Counted from the first letter of the stretch, positions 1 to 10,781 are shown. The stretch is DNA of 64,000 nt from Bacilli bacterium (GCA_017651165.1 JAGCDH010000004.1:5096-69095); one strand, 5' to 3'. A program made the numbers and translations. The notes: generated by a model not told the origin, from the letters alone.

Positions 1-1
1 T

Positions 2-226
2 CCTAAGATAAAAGACGCAATTGCGTTGCTAGCAAAAATTGAATCAAAATTTTACTATAAATGTGATGATATATATATTCCTGTTGATATCATCAAAATG
101 CTCTCTGATAGATATGGCGCTGAAAGAGTTCCTCTTGATATCCTTTATGATATTTATTTAGAAAATTATTTAATAAGCATTGGCGATAACTATGATAATC
201 CAATGTGGTCATCAAAAAATAAATAA
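2..226 (+). CDS. 3' end of a CDS that runs off the left edge (hypothetical protein)
   Basis: Frame 2 is open from nt 2 (PKIKDAIALLAKIESK...) to TAA at 224-226. The TTG at 26 used by the ORF track is probably internal. No recognisable motif. Confidence 0.35.
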   Translation, partial: PKIKDAIALLAKIESKFYYKCDDIYIPVDIIKMLSDRYGAERVPLDILYDIYLENYLISIGDNYDNPMWSSKNK

Positions 227-394
227 TTGTAGTTCGTTTTTCATATCCAAACTCTCCTTTGGCAGATGCGTCATAACAAATCAATGGCCACAAAAGTGTC
301 ATAAAAAGCCGTTACCCAATGATCAATCAACTTTGTTTGTGGCACATTTGTGATATTCTCTCTGCTAACATGTAAAACAAAGGAATCTTTGATT

Positions 395-529
395 ATGAAA
401 CAAGATTTATTAACAGGTTTAAATGAAGATCAAATTGCAATCACGAGTGGCATGTATATTAAACTTCACAATGTCTTCTCGTTAGTTAAACGAATAAAAA
501 GGCGGTTATTTTTTAACGCTGCTTTATAA
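395..529 (+). CDS. Small ORF (44 aa), hypothetical, possibly a gene remnant
   Basis: ATG at 395 is preceded by AAAGGAA about 8 nt upstream. It encodes MKQDLLTGLNEDQIAITSGMYIKLHNVFSLVKRIKRRLFFNAAL and ends at TAA 527-529. It falls below the ORF-track cutoff. Confidence 0.2.
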   Translation: MKQDLLTGLNEDQIAITSGMYIKLHNVFSLVKRIKRRLFFNAAL

Positions 530-553
530 AACGGATAGTAAAATATAAATACT

Positions 554-1738
554 ATGGAAAAGAAACGTACTAGAGCTCAAGATGCTGCTAAAGGATTGAT
601 GATTATTGCTGTCGTCTTTTTTCATTGTTATTTACTTGTTGCTCCAAATCCTACAGCGGCTGTCATGGATTTTAATATTCTAGCGGCCTTCTTCCCATTC
701 TTATTAAGTACGTTTTTCTTTTATACTGGCTATAACTATTTACCTAACGGTAGAAGCGTTAAAGATAATATCTTGAGACGCGCAAAGCAGTTACTAATCC
801 CTTTAGTAGTATGTTTTGTTATATCGATAGTCATTATTGGCGGATTTGAATTAATTTATAACCATAGCGATATCGCATCGTCTTTTAAGTCCATTGGTAA
901 CACCATCCTCTACAGCTTAATGTCTGAACCATTATCCATTATGATCGGCTTCCCAAAAGAAGGAGGTCTTCTCTATGAACTAGTGGTGGCCTTAGGTCTT
1001 GTTTGGTTCTTATACACATTATTTATTTGTTCAATATTCTTCTACATATTAGTGCCACATACAAATAAGAAAGTAACAACATTAATATCTGTTGATATTA
1101 TCTGCTTAGCAATTTCTTTCTGTTTGGGCCAATTTGTGGGTACATATCTACCATATTGTGTACAAGCTTATCCTCTTATCCTAGCAATAATGCTGACTGC
1201 TGCTCATTTAAGACAGCATCACTTCTTAAATTTAAGAATACTTTCAAAGAAAGATAGTTTGTTCCACGCGATAAACATGCTTGTAGCGGAAGGTATTATC
1301 GTTGGTACTTGTTTATTATTCCATTATCGATTTGGGGCGATACTTACCGGCTCTATTCCAGGGAGTATGTTTGATCCGGTATTGAAAGGTTTTGACGCAC
1401 CAATAGCCTTTGTGTTTAGTATCGTGGGCACATATTTTATACATACCTTATGTAGACTTATTAAACACATTCCACTTGTGGGCAAGGCCCTACAATGGGT
1501 TGGCAATCACTCAGCGCTCTTTTATTTATTTCATCCAGTTTTTATTGCCATCCTTTCTATCCTTATCTTCCAAAAGAAAGTCGTTTGGGGTATTGGCCAA
1601 GCCTTCTTCTATGTCGGAATGACAGTGATACTTTTAACGGGTGTTGGTCTATTAATTGATTTCATCTTGAAGAAGAAGAACTTTAAGTCTGAAACGATTG
1701 AAGAAATTGAAAACGCTAAAGCGCCTGAAGATATCTAG
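554..1738 (+). CDS. Acyltransferase family 3 integral membrane protein
   Basis: 394 aa and polytopic. The N-terminus RAQDAAKGLMIIAVVFFHCYLL is typical of acyltransferase_3 (OatA-like) proteins, and about 10 hydrophobic segments follow. Confidence 0.7.
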   Translation: MEKKRTRAQDAAKGLMIIAVVFFHCYLLVAPNPTAAVMDFNILAAFFPFLLSTFFFYTGYNYLPNGRSVKDNILRRAKQLLIPLVVCFVISIVIIGGFELIYNHSDIASSFKSIGNTILYSLMSEPLSIMIGFPKEGGLLYELVVALGLVWFLYTLFICSIFFYILVPHTNKKVTTLISVDIICLAISFCLGQFVGTYLPYCVQAYPLILAIMLTAAHLRQHHFLNLRILSKKDSLFHAINMLVAEGIIVGTCLLFHYRFGAILTGSIPGSMFDPVLKGFDAPIAFVFSIVGTYFIHTLCRLIKHIPLVGKALQWVGNHSALFYLFHPVFIAILSILIFQKKVVWGIGQAFFYVGMTVILLTGVGLLIDFILKKKNFKSETIEEIENAKAPEDI

Positions 1739-1739
1739 T

Positions 1740-3386
1740 ATGGATGAAGTTGAATTAAAAAATCTTCTATTCGAAGATATCTATAAATTAAACGATGAAG
1801 AATCTAATAAGATTGCTATCAGCTTTAAAGGCGTTTCCTATACATTCAAAGAAATAGAAAAAAGCGTTGATTATTATTGCCACATCTTAGTAAGTAAAGG
1901 CGTTAAGCCGAATGACCATGTCGCCTTATTGGGCATGAACTGCTATAACTGGTTAATTGCATTTTTTGCCATCGTTAAAGTTGGCGCAGTAGCGATTTTA
2001 ATTAACTATATGGCTAGACACGAGACAATCGTGGATCTAATTAAAGATACCGATTGTAAATATCTTTGCTATGGTAAATACGTTGCACTTGTAAAGCAAG
2101 AAAACGAATTTGAAACTCTACTAGAGGAAGTTGATATTCCAAAAGAGAAAACCATCTCAATGCGGTATCGTCACATCAACTTCAAAGAAGTGATGAAAAA
2201 CGAAGACATCCCTCCATATGCTTCTCCTTTATGTCGAGAAGAAGACAGCAAAAGAACCTCATTTATCATCTTTACGACCGGCACAACCGCAAAGCCTAAA
2301 GCAGCGTGTTTATCTCAGTTCAGCATGATGAATATCATCCATCTAAACTTTGCTAGATTAGATTCAATATTCCCGCAGAAGTTTATGTGCTTGCTTCCAT
2401 TATTCCACTGCTTTGGTTTATTGGTGGTTAATGCTTACTTAGCATTTAAACGCACAGTCTATATTAATAGCCTTTCTAATAAATTAAGCATTTATAAAGA
2501 ATTTGTTAGAAACAAATGTGGTGACTACGCTTCCGTAAGCATCATCTTTGATAAATTAGCAAGAGCCCCACTATGGTGGCTCCATAGAGCAAGATTTGTT
2601 AAACATTGCATCGTTGGTGGTGGATTTACTTCTGAAAGCGAATTTGAATTTTTAGAAAAGAAGTATGGCAAAGATAAATTTATGAATGGTTATGGTCAAA
2701 CCGAGTGTTCCCCAATGATCTCTTTGGTGTATCCTGACGCCCCAAGCATTAAGAAAAAGACCACAGTGGGCATACCAATGAAAGGCATTGAACTCGCCTT
2801 CATGGATCCTGAAACCAAGAAGCTATTACCTCATGGACAAAAAGGTGAAATCTTAGTCAAAGGTTATAACGTCTTTAATGGTTATTATAAATATAGTGAT
2901 GATAAACAGCCATTTGATAAGGATGGTTATCTTCATACTGGTGATATAGGCTATTTAGACGAAGATGGTTATTTGGTCTTATGTGGAAGATTGAAAGACA
3001 TCATCATCCGTAAGGGTGAAAATATTTCCCCTAAAGAAATAGAGAAAGAATTAAGAAAGTTTAAGGAATTTGGGCAAGTACGTGTATTAGGTTTCCCTTC
3101 TATTGATGAAGGCGAATTTATCATCGGTTGTGTTGAACTACCAAAGAAACCACTACATTTTGTTGAAGAAAAGTATCTAGATGAAATGAGAAAGACTTTA
3201 CCAGCGATTAAGGTGCCTTCTCATATCGTCTATGTCGAGAAATTCCCGTTAACCGCGAACGGAAAGTTAGATGAAATGCAGCTTAGAGAAATATGCCTAA
3301 ATAAATTATCAACATTCCTAAACGAAGACACTCTGGCGAGAAAGACAAGGGTGTTGATGCATAAGACAATTGAAAAGAAGCGTTAG
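1740..3386 (+). CDS. AMP-dependent synthetase/ligase (acyl-CoA synthetase-like)
   Basis: Motifs: AMP-binding IIFTTGTTAKPKAA, GYGQTECSP, and TGDIGYLDEDGYLVLCGRLKDIIIRKGENISPKEIE. ATG at 1740 (MDEVELKN) is preferred over the upstream start at 1698, which overlaps the previous gene. Confidence 0.85.
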   Translation: MDEVELKNLLFEDIYKLNDEESNKIAISFKGVSYTFKEIEKSVDYYCHILVSKGVKPNDHVALLGMNCYNWLIAFFAIVKVGAVAILINYMARHETIVDLIKDTDCKYLCYGKYVALVKQENEFETLLEEVDIPKEKTISMRYRHINFKEVMKNEDIPPYASPLCREEDSKRTSFIIFTTGTTAKPKAACLSQFSMMNIIHLNFARLDSIFPQKFMCLLPLFHCFGLLVVNAYLAFKRTVYINSLSNKLSIYKEFVRNKCGDYASVSIIFDKLARAPLWWLHRARFVKHCIVGGGFTSESEFEFLEKKYGKDKFMNGYGQTECSPMISLVYPDAPSIKKKTTVGIPMKGIELAFMDPETKKLLPHGQKGEILVKGYNVFNGYYKYSDDKQPFDKDGYLHTGDIGYLDEDGYLVLCGRLKDIIIRKGENISPKEIEKELRKFKEFGQVRVLGFPSIDEGEFIIGCVELPKKPLHFVEEKYLDEMRKTLPAIKVPSHIVYVEKFPLTANGKLDEMQLREICLNKLSTFLNEDTLARKTRVLMHKTIEKKR

Positions 3387-3400
3387 AACGCCTCTTTTTT
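3377..3400. terminator. Putative bidirectional rho-independent terminator between convergent genes
   Basis: The stem gaagcgt/acgcctc has one mismatch and a taga loop, and is followed by a T6 run. The stop codon of the + gene lies in the loop. Confidence 0.4.
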
Positions 3401-5765
3401 ATTCTCTTTCTTTAACAGATTCTGGTAAGTTCCATTTCTTCATCGTAGACATGACAAGGAAATGAGAAACAAGAAGGAATGCTAAAACGATAACCGCGGA
3501 TAAGACATACATAGTCCAAGTCTTTGGGAACGGGAATATTTGATCTGGTATTGAAATAGAACGTAAAAGAATTTTTGATATGAGAATGCCGATTGGTATC
3601 GCAAATACCATCGCAAAAATAAACTGGATAATACTAGTAAATAGATTCGCCATAGAAATGGAGCTTCTTTGATAACCAAGTGTGCGCATTGTCGCAAATG
3701 TTCTCTTTTGCTCTTTTAGATTCGTCAGCATCATATTAAAGACAATCATGAAGCCGACGATGATTGACATCGCAGTTAATAAGACGCTTGATATTTCAAA
3801 TGCGGCGAGGCGATCATTGAATTCACCATGTATAACGTCAGTATATGAAATATAAGTGATATGTTCGTTATCTTTATATTTTTTAAAGAAGGCATCTTTA
3901 TTTTTGACTTTGGCCACTAAAGAACCCTTTGCATAATCAGTGTTATAGCCGTCATAACTTGTATAACTAACTTGATATAGATATTCGTTAGATATCGCGA
4001 CTACTTTGAGTTCTGTTTCGTCAGCTTCGATAATATCGCCAACTTTCGCATTCAATAAATAAGCGTGATAAGTCGATAGGACAATACCTTCATTAGGAAC
4101 TTTAAGCGTGGCTTGATAATCATCAACGACTTTAATTAGTTTTTGATCGTCTTTTAAACCGTTAATCAAGCCTGTTATTTTCTTATTGTTTTTAGGATTG
4201 ACCATTTCACTCGGTAAATACTTCATAAGCGTCTTATCAGTGATATTTGTGTCGTCTCCAAATGTTAAATTGACATATTCATCGGTTGGTAAGTTATCAA
4301 AGTAAACTTGCACATCATAATTGATACGTGTAGCAAATAACTGGTTCATCATCGTATTTTTACTTTCCCCAATTGATAGGGCAATAAAGATTAGTGTGCC
4401 GCTTGCTAGTAAGCAGATACCAGAAAGAATATAGCGGCTCAAATTTCTTAATGATTGAGATATTGAGACCTTTAATGTAATAGGGGCTTTCTTAAACAAG
4501 GTTCTTGTTAAGTAAGGAGTATTGTTATTAGAAGGAGGCAAAGCCTTCATCGCTTCAACTGGTTTAAATCTTGTGATATTTAAAGACGCAAGGAAAGCGG
4601 TCAATAGTGTCACCATAACCATGATGCCTAAAGAAATAAATATTGCCGCTGGTTTGAGCGAGAACGCTAATGGGAACAATTTAAGCGCTTCTCCATAAGC
4701 GCCATTAGCAAATATGGTAAATATCGAACCAACACCGATACCTACTAGCCATGCTAAAAAGGCAGTGACAAAGCCTAATGATAAAAATACTAACGAGATA
4801 CTGCTTGTCTTTTCACCTAGAGCACGCATAGTACCAATATCTTTTCGGCACTGTTTAACGATTTGGAATAAGAATAAAGCGGTGACCACTAAAACGACCA
4901 AGAAGAAGACAGCGGGGGCCATCAAGGTAATAAGATTAAGGTTTCTATTCGCGTCGTTATAGTATGTAATTACTTCTGAATCTTTATATGTTGTGGCGAA
5001 TGCGATGTTTTTTCTTAACTGTTTAACATCAGATTCTGTTATTTCTATACTTTGCTTTTCTTTCAGATAGGCTTTTAATTTGTCGATGGTCTGATCGATA
5101 GTCATTTCCTTGCCTGGTTCGAAATCAAAAAGCATTTCATTAAATGACGCTTTAGATGTATGAGCGTCAATAATAGCCCTATCAATATAGATATAGGCAA
5201 AGTCTCTTGAAGAAGAGATGGAATATGGATCTGCTTTGACGATTGAAGTTTCTGGAGAAACAATTAGTGCATCAATCTTAAAATCATAAGTAGTGCCATT
5301 TGGCATATTAGCACTAATCGTATCACCAACTTTAAAGCCGTTTGCTTTAGCAAAATAGTATTCCATGCGAACGCCTTTATCATTGAGTGCACCTTTAACT
5401 AAATGATGTTTTAATAGACTATCTTCTTCATAGCCAATTAATCTTCCAGAATATGAGTTATTAGAATAGGTGAAAGTAGTGGTATATGTTGGACGATATT
5501 CCGCTTTCCTAACACCCATGTACTCATTAAAGTCGTTTGGTAAATAAGATAAGTAGGTGTTATCCACGTCATCGATTGTTTTGACATATAGGTCTGGATA
5601 GCCGCATTCATTTAGCAATAAGTTGATGCCTTCATCTACTGAGTGATAGGCGTTTCTTAAGCCAATCAAAATACCACATCCAAAAGCGCCCACTAGAATG
5701 ATGCTTAATAACATCAACCAAAAGCGCTTAAGATATGGAAATAATAAGCTTCTTGCTAGTTTCAT
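3399..5765 (-). CDS. ABC transporter permease, FtsX/MacB-type with two FtsX modules
   Basis: 788 aa. It has an N-terminal TM helix, a large extracytoplasmic domain, a TM cluster, a second large loop and a C-terminal TM cluster. It lies 5 nt downstream of the ATPase gene. Confidence 0.8.
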   Translation of the reverse strand: MKLARSLLFPYLKRFWLMLLSIILVGAFGCGILIGLRNAYHSVDEGINLLLNECGYPDLYVKTIDDVDNTYLSYLPNDFNEYMGVRKAEYRPTYTTTFTYSNNSYSGRLIGYEEDSLLKHHLVKGALNDKGVRMEYYFAKANGFKVGDTISANMPNGTTYDFKIDALIVSPETSIVKADPYSISSSRDFAYIYIDRAIIDAHTSKASFNEMLFDFEPGKEMTIDQTIDKLKAYLKEKQSIEITESDVKQLRKNIAFATTYKDSEVITYYNDANRNLNLITLMAPAVFFLVVLVVTALFLFQIVKQCRKDIGTMRALGEKTSSISLVFLSLGFVTAFLAWLVGIGVGSIFTIFANGAYGEALKLFPLAFSLKPAAIFISLGIMVMVTLLTAFLASLNITRFKPVEAMKALPPSNNNTPYLTRTLFKKAPITLKVSISQSLRNLSRYILSGICLLASGTLIFIALSIGESKNTMMNQLFATRINYDVQVYFDNLPTDEYVNLTFGDDTNITDKTLMKYLPSEMVNPKNNKKITGLINGLKDDQKLIKVVDDYQATLKVPNEGIVLSTYHAYLLNAKVGDIIEADETELKVVAISNEYLYQVSYTSYDGYNTDYAKGSLVAKVKNKDAFFKKYKDNEHITYISYTDVIHGEFNDRLAAFEISSVLLTAMSIIVGFMIVFNMMLTNLKEQKRTFATMRTLGYQRSSISMANLFTSIIQFIFAMVFAIPIGILISKILLRSISIPDQIFPFPKTWTMYVLSAVIVLAFLLVSHFLVMSTMKKWNLPESVKERE

Positions 5766-5770
5766 TTTTT

Positions 5771-6481
5771 CTACCAGACAATATCTTTGGCATCCAAAGG
5801 ATGTTCATTAACTTTTTCTTTTTCGATTTTGCCGTTTCTTAACGTGATAACACGATTAGCCATATCAGCGATAGGCGTGGTGTGAGTGACGATAACCATG
5901 GTCTGGCCTTGTTTTCTAACGATATCTTGTAATAATTCTAATATCTTACGACCTGTTTTATCGTCCAACGCACCTGTTGGTTCGTCACATAAAATAATGT
6001 CAGCGTTTTTCACTAACGCTCTAGCAATACTGACTCTTTGTTGTTCGCCGCCACTCATTTGTGGTGGGTATTGATGCATCTTTTGATCGCCTAGTCCCAC
6101 GAGTTCTAATGTCTTTTCGCTAAGATGTTCTTCATCTTTTTTAGATAGAGACATACGGACGTTTTCTAAGGCGGTTAAATCAGGCAATAAATTATAGAAC
6201 TGGAAGATAAAACCAATCTTTTCTTTACGATATGCAGTTAGTTCTTTGTCTTTTAAGACAGTGATGTCTTTTCCGTTTAAAAATACTTGGCCAGAAGTTG
6301 GAGAATCCATACCCCCAACGATGTTTAATAAAGTGGATTTACCACATCCTGAATTACCAAGTAAGACAAGCATCTCGCCTTCATAAATGTCAAAAGAAAC
6401 GCCATCTAACGCTTTGACTTCAGAATCGCCTTTACCATAGTATTTTTTGAGGTTTTTAATTTCCAGTAACTTCTTTGCCAT
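5771..6481 (-). CDS. ABC transporter ATP-binding protein (MacB/LolD-type)
   Basis: Walker A GNSGCGKST, signature MSGGEQQRVSIARAL, Walker B IILCDEPTGALD. ATG at 6481 has GGAG 7 nt upstream, so it is preferred over the TTG at 6502. Confidence 0.9.
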   Translation of the reverse strand: MAKKLLEIKNLKKYYGKGDSEVKALDGVSFDIYEGEMLVLLGNSGCGKSTLLNIVGGMDSPTSGQVFLNGKDITVLKDKELTAYRKEKIGFIFQFYNLLPDLTALENVRMSLSKKDEEHLSEKTLELVGLGDQKMHQYPPQMSGGEQQRVSIARALVKNADIILCDEPTGALDDKTGRKILELLQDIVRKQGQTMVIVTHTTPIADMANRVITLRNGKIEKEKVNEHPLDAKDIVW

Positions 6482-6533
6482 ATAAAACTCCTTCGATAGC
6501 AAAAACGCATCTTATTTTTATTATAGATGACGA

Positions 6534-8828
6534 CTAGTCTTCTTGAGCTTCTTCTCTATTGTCTATTACTTCTACTTCTTGAGTGGTGGATTTACTAGTG
6601 GTATTTGTTTCAAAGAATGTAATCATTTCTTCCATTTCTGCACTACTAAGTTCCGGAGTAAGAGAATAGAGATATTTCAATGATTCAGCATCGTCTAAAA
6701 TCATATCTTTCAAGGAAGAAGAGTTTGCAAAGTCAACACCTTCTTCGAGATCAAATTCAAGCAAGAGAGCGGGATTGTTGATTAAGACTATTAATGACAT
6801 CATCGGGAGGTCCCCTTCAAACGTTTCTCCGTCTGCGGATATAAACTCATTATGATTATCCCATATGATGCAAGCACCAAAAATCTTGCTTTGATTTGTT
6901 GAAATGTTACAAGCATTAAGCTCATCTACAGTTCCGGAGAAATTATAAGTTCCAAAAGCTATAGAGATAAATTCATCGTCAGGATGCGATAATTTAATCC
7001 TAGCATATTGACCACTATCACCCCATCCTTCATAGACAGCGTCAGTGCAACTAAATTCTAGTTCTAAATTAAAGAATTCAATCATTCCAGAACAAGTGGT
7101 GCCGTCTTCTCCTAAATCTAACATGCCTTTAAACTCATATTTAGTTGTGATGGTGAAACTTCCTAAACTTGTGAGCGTTACTGCGTCATTTAAGGCTTCT
7201 TCCATAAGATCTGAATATCTAAAACTGCCACTCATCGTTTGTTCGATATGTCCAGAGATAGTGAAATCGCCACCGCATTTTACTTTTAAGAAACTAGCGG
7301 AGTATTCACCAAAGTATCCTTCGACATAGAACATCACTTTAATGAATTCAACGCCTTCTTCTAAAGCGGTGATTTGGAATTCACCTCTACCAGATGCATT
7401 TGTGGTTAGTTCATCAACATCAGTTGAGAAGTGTTTTAAATGATATGGAAGAGTTAATGGATAATTAGGTAATGTAAAATCAGGGAAAGTCTTGTTATTA
7501 GGATTAGAGTAGTGAGTTAAAACAGAAGCATATGCTGTTTCACCTTTTTCTAAAATGGCAGGCATACAGTTGACGTTAATGTCTGGTTTGATCATCTTGT
7601 AGTCAAGACTGACTGAGACATCGATTAAATCTTGAGTTGTACCATTTTGTTTAGCGGTGTCATACTCTTGTCTACTAACGGTTTGACCGGCAATTTGGCA
7701 CACACCATACGTATTTCCGACTTTATTTGATTCACCGACTTGTTTATTTAAAACGTTTTGGTCGCCTTGAACTCCATTTATTTGGTAACCACCATGGATG
7801 AAAATACCAATTGGTTCGTACCAAAGACCTTGGTATTCAGTGTAGTAATCCATGACACGCTCCTCATTAACGAGGTAGTCTTCATAGTTAGACATGATCC
7901 ACGCGTCATCATAACCACTAGCTTTTGCTTCATACACTAAATCGTTAAATCTATTAAGCATTGCAGGAGTGATTTCTAAACATTGATATTTAGAGAAGTG
8001 TCTCACTGTAAAGGTAGCTTCTTCAGTTGAATTAGAGTAAGAGGCCTCAGAAACGAAATCCCAAATATCATTAGTTTCGTCATAACAAAATACTGAAAGC
8101 TTTGGTTCATAGTTTTCAGTTTTCCTTGATAATTTCATTGTGACTTGCACATCTTCATCAAAAGTAGTGCCAGAAGGACCAAACTCAACCGCACCCATAA
8201 AGTTCATTAATGGCCTGTCATTAATAAATGATGATTCATCGATATATGTCGCGGTAATATCTTTTGCTTGTTTTAAAGCACCCGCTGGGAAAGAAATAGA
8301 AAGATTCTCATCTTCTTCTCCTAGTTCTCCACCTGTGACACTGATGGATTTCACAATTGGTTCATGTGGAATTAATTCCGGCATGGCGTGAGGAGTGGAG
8401 TTTTCTGGATGATCGATTGGTGCTTCATCTAAGTTTGTGGCGATAGGACTAATTTCCTTACCTTCTGGGACTATCTCAGGATTGGTGTTACCGCCTCCTT
8501 GGCTGGAGCTACTTCCATTACTGGAGAAACCATGATTATTACTACTTCCTTGATTGGAAGAACTTTGTCCTCCATTAGAAGTGCTGTTATTTTTACTGCT
8601 ACTACTTTGTGGTGCACTAGTGCCATTCTTACTAGTGCTCGTATTAGAGGAAACACTAGCGCCATCGTTTTTAGAACTCTTGCTACTAGAACTAGTCACA
8701 TCAAAATGAGTTTGATTACTACTTGAACTATTTTTAATATTTGGACCACTGTTATTGTTGCATCCAACAGATACCAATAATGCTGCTAATGAGATTAATG
8801 ATGCAAAAAGTTTTTTAGATGAACTCAT
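6534..8828 (-). CDS. Large lipoprotein with a ~100-aa Ser/Asn/Gly-rich linker, function unknown
   Basis: Lipobox LLVSVGC. Strong RBS AAAGGAGGAAACC upstream of the ATG. The low-complexity SSSS/NGSS stretch spans about residues 30-125. Confidence 0.7.
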   Translation of the reverse strand: MSSSKKLFASLISLAALLVSVGCNNNSGPNIKNSSSSNQTHFDVTSSSSKSSKNDGASVSSNTSTSKNGTSAPQSSSSKNNSTSNGGQSSSNQGSSNNHGFSSNGSSSSQGGGNTNPEIVPEGKEISPIATNLDEAPIDHPENSTPHAMPELIPHEPIVKSISVTGGELGEEDENLSISFPAGALKQAKDITATYIDESSFINDRPLMNFMGAVEFGPSGTTFDEDVQVTMKLSRKTENYEPKLSVFCYDETNDIWDFVSEASYSNSTEEATFTVRHFSKYQCLEITPAMLNRFNDLVYEAKASGYDDAWIMSNYEDYLVNEERVMDYYTEYQGLWYEPIGIFIHGGYQINGVQGDQNVLNKQVGESNKVGNTYGVCQIAGQTVSRQEYDTAKQNGTTQDLIDVSVSLDYKMIKPDINVNCMPAILEKGETAYASVLTHYSNPNNKTFPDFTLPNYPLTLPYHLKHFSTDVDELTTNASGRGEFQITALEEGVEFIKVMFYVEGYFGEYSASFLKVKCGGDFTISGHIEQTMSGSFRYSDLMEEALNDAVTLTSLGSFTITTKYEFKGMLDLGEDGTTCSGMIEFFNLELEFSCTDAVYEGWGDSGQYARIKLSHPDDEFISIAFGTYNFSGTVDELNACNISTNQSKIFGACIIWDNHNEFISADGETFEGDLPMMSLIVLINNPALLLEFDLEEGVDFANSSSLKDMILDDAESLKYLYSLTPELSSAEMEEMITFFETNTTSKSTTQEVEVIDNREEAQED

Positions 8829-8987
8829 ATGGTTTCCTCCTTTTGTATATATTTTATTTTATAATAATGTACTTGTTTTTTATGGTGCTAAAAATCATTT
8901 TAGAGTGTCTAAAATTAACAATTAGGAAAAACTGTTAATAATAATCCTATTTATAAATTATAATGGTGATAAGGATAGGAATGTTTT

Positions 8988-9698
8988 ATGAAAAGGTTAT
9001 CTCTAGTTTTTGTTTTAGGCGTTAGCGCCACTTTGCTCACTGGATGTGATGGCTATAAGAAAATAAGCGAAGAGGAGTTTAACTCCTATTTCAGCGCGGA
9101 AAAAGTTAGTGCGGCAAAAGAAAGCTTTGCTGCAATTAAAACTTTTAACTTTAAAGCGATACAAACTACAACAGGATTCGATTATGAATTGTATCGTTAT
9201 TTTGATGCTGATTACTACTATCAATACGCTTTCGCTGATGAGAAGACTCAAAAAAACTATTCTCACGACTTGTATCTTGGTTCGTCTAACATTAGTGATT
9301 GCAAGTGGTATGCTGTCACTGCCGAAGGCACAAACAAAGTGACGGTAGGCCAACAAGCTTTCAATGAATATGATGAGCGGGTAAGAAATGATAGAGGCAC
9401 CATCACAAACTCAATGGACGACCCTTTCTACTATGCGAAAGAGTTTTCTGAGAATGTCGCTAACAAACAATACTATCTTGGTGGAAATAATTTAAAAGTA
9501 ACATTTAAAAGTCCAGAAGGTAGCGATGATAGTCTTTCTGGAAAAATCGTTTTTAACAGCAAAACACTATTGATAGCTTCTTGTGAAATCCATCTCAAAA
9601 CTACCGAAGGATCTGGCACGATTAAATTTAATTTTTCCTATAATAAAAGCTTTAAACATAAAATGCCTAATGATATTGGTTATAAAGAATCAGTATAA
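8988..9698 (+). CDS. Lipoprotein, function unknown
   Basis: Signal peptide with lipobox LLTGC. 236 aa. Confidence 0.6.
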   Translation: MKRLSLVFVLGVSATLLTGCDGYKKISEEEFNSYFSAEKVSAAKESFAAIKTFNFKAIQTTTGFDYELYRYFDADYYYQYAFADEKTQKNYSHDLYLGSSNISDCKWYAVTAEGTNKVTVGQQAFNEYDERVRNDRGTITNSMDDPFYYAKEFSENVANKQYYLGGNNLKVTFKSPEGSDDSLSGKIVFNSKTLLIASCEIHLKTTEGSGTIKFNFSYNKSFKHKMPNDIGYKESV

Positions 9699-10712
9699 TT
9701 AGTTTTTCTTAAACTTATCTAAAAGATATTCGTAAGCTTGTTTGAGTTCTTGGCCAACGACAGGGATGGCTCTTTCTTCTGTTCTTTTAAAGCCTTCTTT
9801 AATGAGTTCTTTGTTGTCATGAGACATAACGTAGTCAATCTTTTCTAAGAATTCTTTATTGTCTTTGGCTTTATAGCAGTCTCTACCATCTTCTAACCAA
9901 TCAGAATAAACGCCGATATCTCTCACTAAGACTGGACAGGATGACGCTAATGCTTCAAGAACGACAATACCTTCTGTTTCTTCATATGAAGTAAACAATA
10001 AACATTCAGCGTATCTATAAGCTCCTTTAATAATGGAGTTATCAATATAACCAGGCATAATGACATTGCTTGGTCTATGTTTAATGGCTCTTAAGACATT
10101 TATTTGTACTAATGGTCTGGCTAAATGACCAAACCAAATGAATTTGATATCTGGTTTTTCTTTTGCAATGGCAAAGAAGTCTTTAATCCCTTTTCTATTA
10201 AATGGGAAGCCAACACCGATGATGACTTTTTCGCCTTCTTTAATACCAAAGTGTTTTTTAAAGTCATCAATCTTTTGTTCATCATAAGCATATTCATTTG
10301 CGTCAATACCATTAGAAACATATCTCACTTCTGTTCCTAAGTTATAGGCATCAATACATCTTTTAGAATACTCAGTCGGAGTAATAATCAAATCAGCATG
10401 TTTATAGAAGTACATTAAGTTTGGATTAAACCATAAGGCCATCATCTTCCATAATCTAAAAGAGTTCTTAAAGTCTTCGATAGTGGAATGGCCATGCACA
10501 ATGACAGGCACGTGTCTCTTCTTTAACTTCTTTAATAACTTTTTAGAATGTGGAAAATAAGTATTGATATGAGCAATATCATAAGTATCTTTTGGATCAA
10601 GGGTATATTCAATACCCGCGCTTGTTAACGCGGCGATTTGATGTTTTAAGGCTCGTCCAATACCAGACTTCTTGATCTTGTCTTCTTTTTCGAAATACAG
10701 TAATACTTTCAT
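9699..10712 (-). CDS. GT4-family glycosyltransferase, probable diacylglycerol glycolipid synthase type
   Basis: MKVLLYFEKEDKIKKSGIGRALKHQIAAL followed by HGHSTIEDFKNSF, and a C-terminal EETEGIVVLEALAS E-x7-E-like motif typical of GT4. ATG at 10712 is preferred to the TTG at 10718. Confidence 0.7.
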   Translation of the reverse strand: MKVLLYFEKEDKIKKSGIGRALKHQIAALTSAGIEYTLDPKDTYDIAHINTYFPHSKKLLKKLKKRHVPVIVHGHSTIEDFKNSFRLWKMMALWFNPNLMYFYKHADLIITPTEYSKRCIDAYNLGTEVRYVSNGIDANEYAYDEQKIDDFKKHFGIKEGEKVIIGVGFPFNRKGIKDFFAIAKEKPDIKFIWFGHLARPLVQINVLRAIKHRPSNVIMPGYIDNSIIKGAYRYAECLLFTSYEETEGIVVLEALASSCPVLVRDIGVYSDWLEDGRDCYKAKDNKEFLEKIDYVMSHDNKELIKEGFKRTEERAIPVVGQELKQAYEYLLDKFKKN

Positions 10713-10781
10713 CAACAAACATTATATATTCAATAAATATAAAAGTATTGTATTATTAACTCGAATCTTGAGGTATTAACT

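Noticed and set aside
93-394. Minus-strand ORF 93-302, plus broken reading frames in 227-394 (fragments such as LIDHWVTAFYDTFVAIDLL and WPLICYDASAKGEFGYEK) that could be a decayed gene.
   Set aside because: The ORF overlaps the better-supported + strand CDS end. The fragments sit in three different frames, and I cannot match them to any family. That is not enough to call a pseudogene.
395-529. The N-terminus MKQDLLTGLNEDQIA of the 44-aa ORF resembles the LL.GLN..Q..AV start of UvrD/PcrA helicases, suggesting a helicase remnant.
   Set aside because: The similarity covers about 12 residues and is not followed by the Walker A region. It could easily be chance, so I keep it only as a low-confidence small ORF.
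8471-8726. ORFs antisense to, or out of frame with, large CDS. Examples: 8471-8665, 8499-8726, 14635-14916, 25592-26008, 41844-42236, 42303-42830, 47625-47978, 58076-58540.
   Set aside because: They lie entirely inside longer ORFs that have clear motifs, lack RBSs, and have low-complexity or compositionally odd translations. These are typical shadow ORFs of AT-rich or Ser-rich coding DNA.
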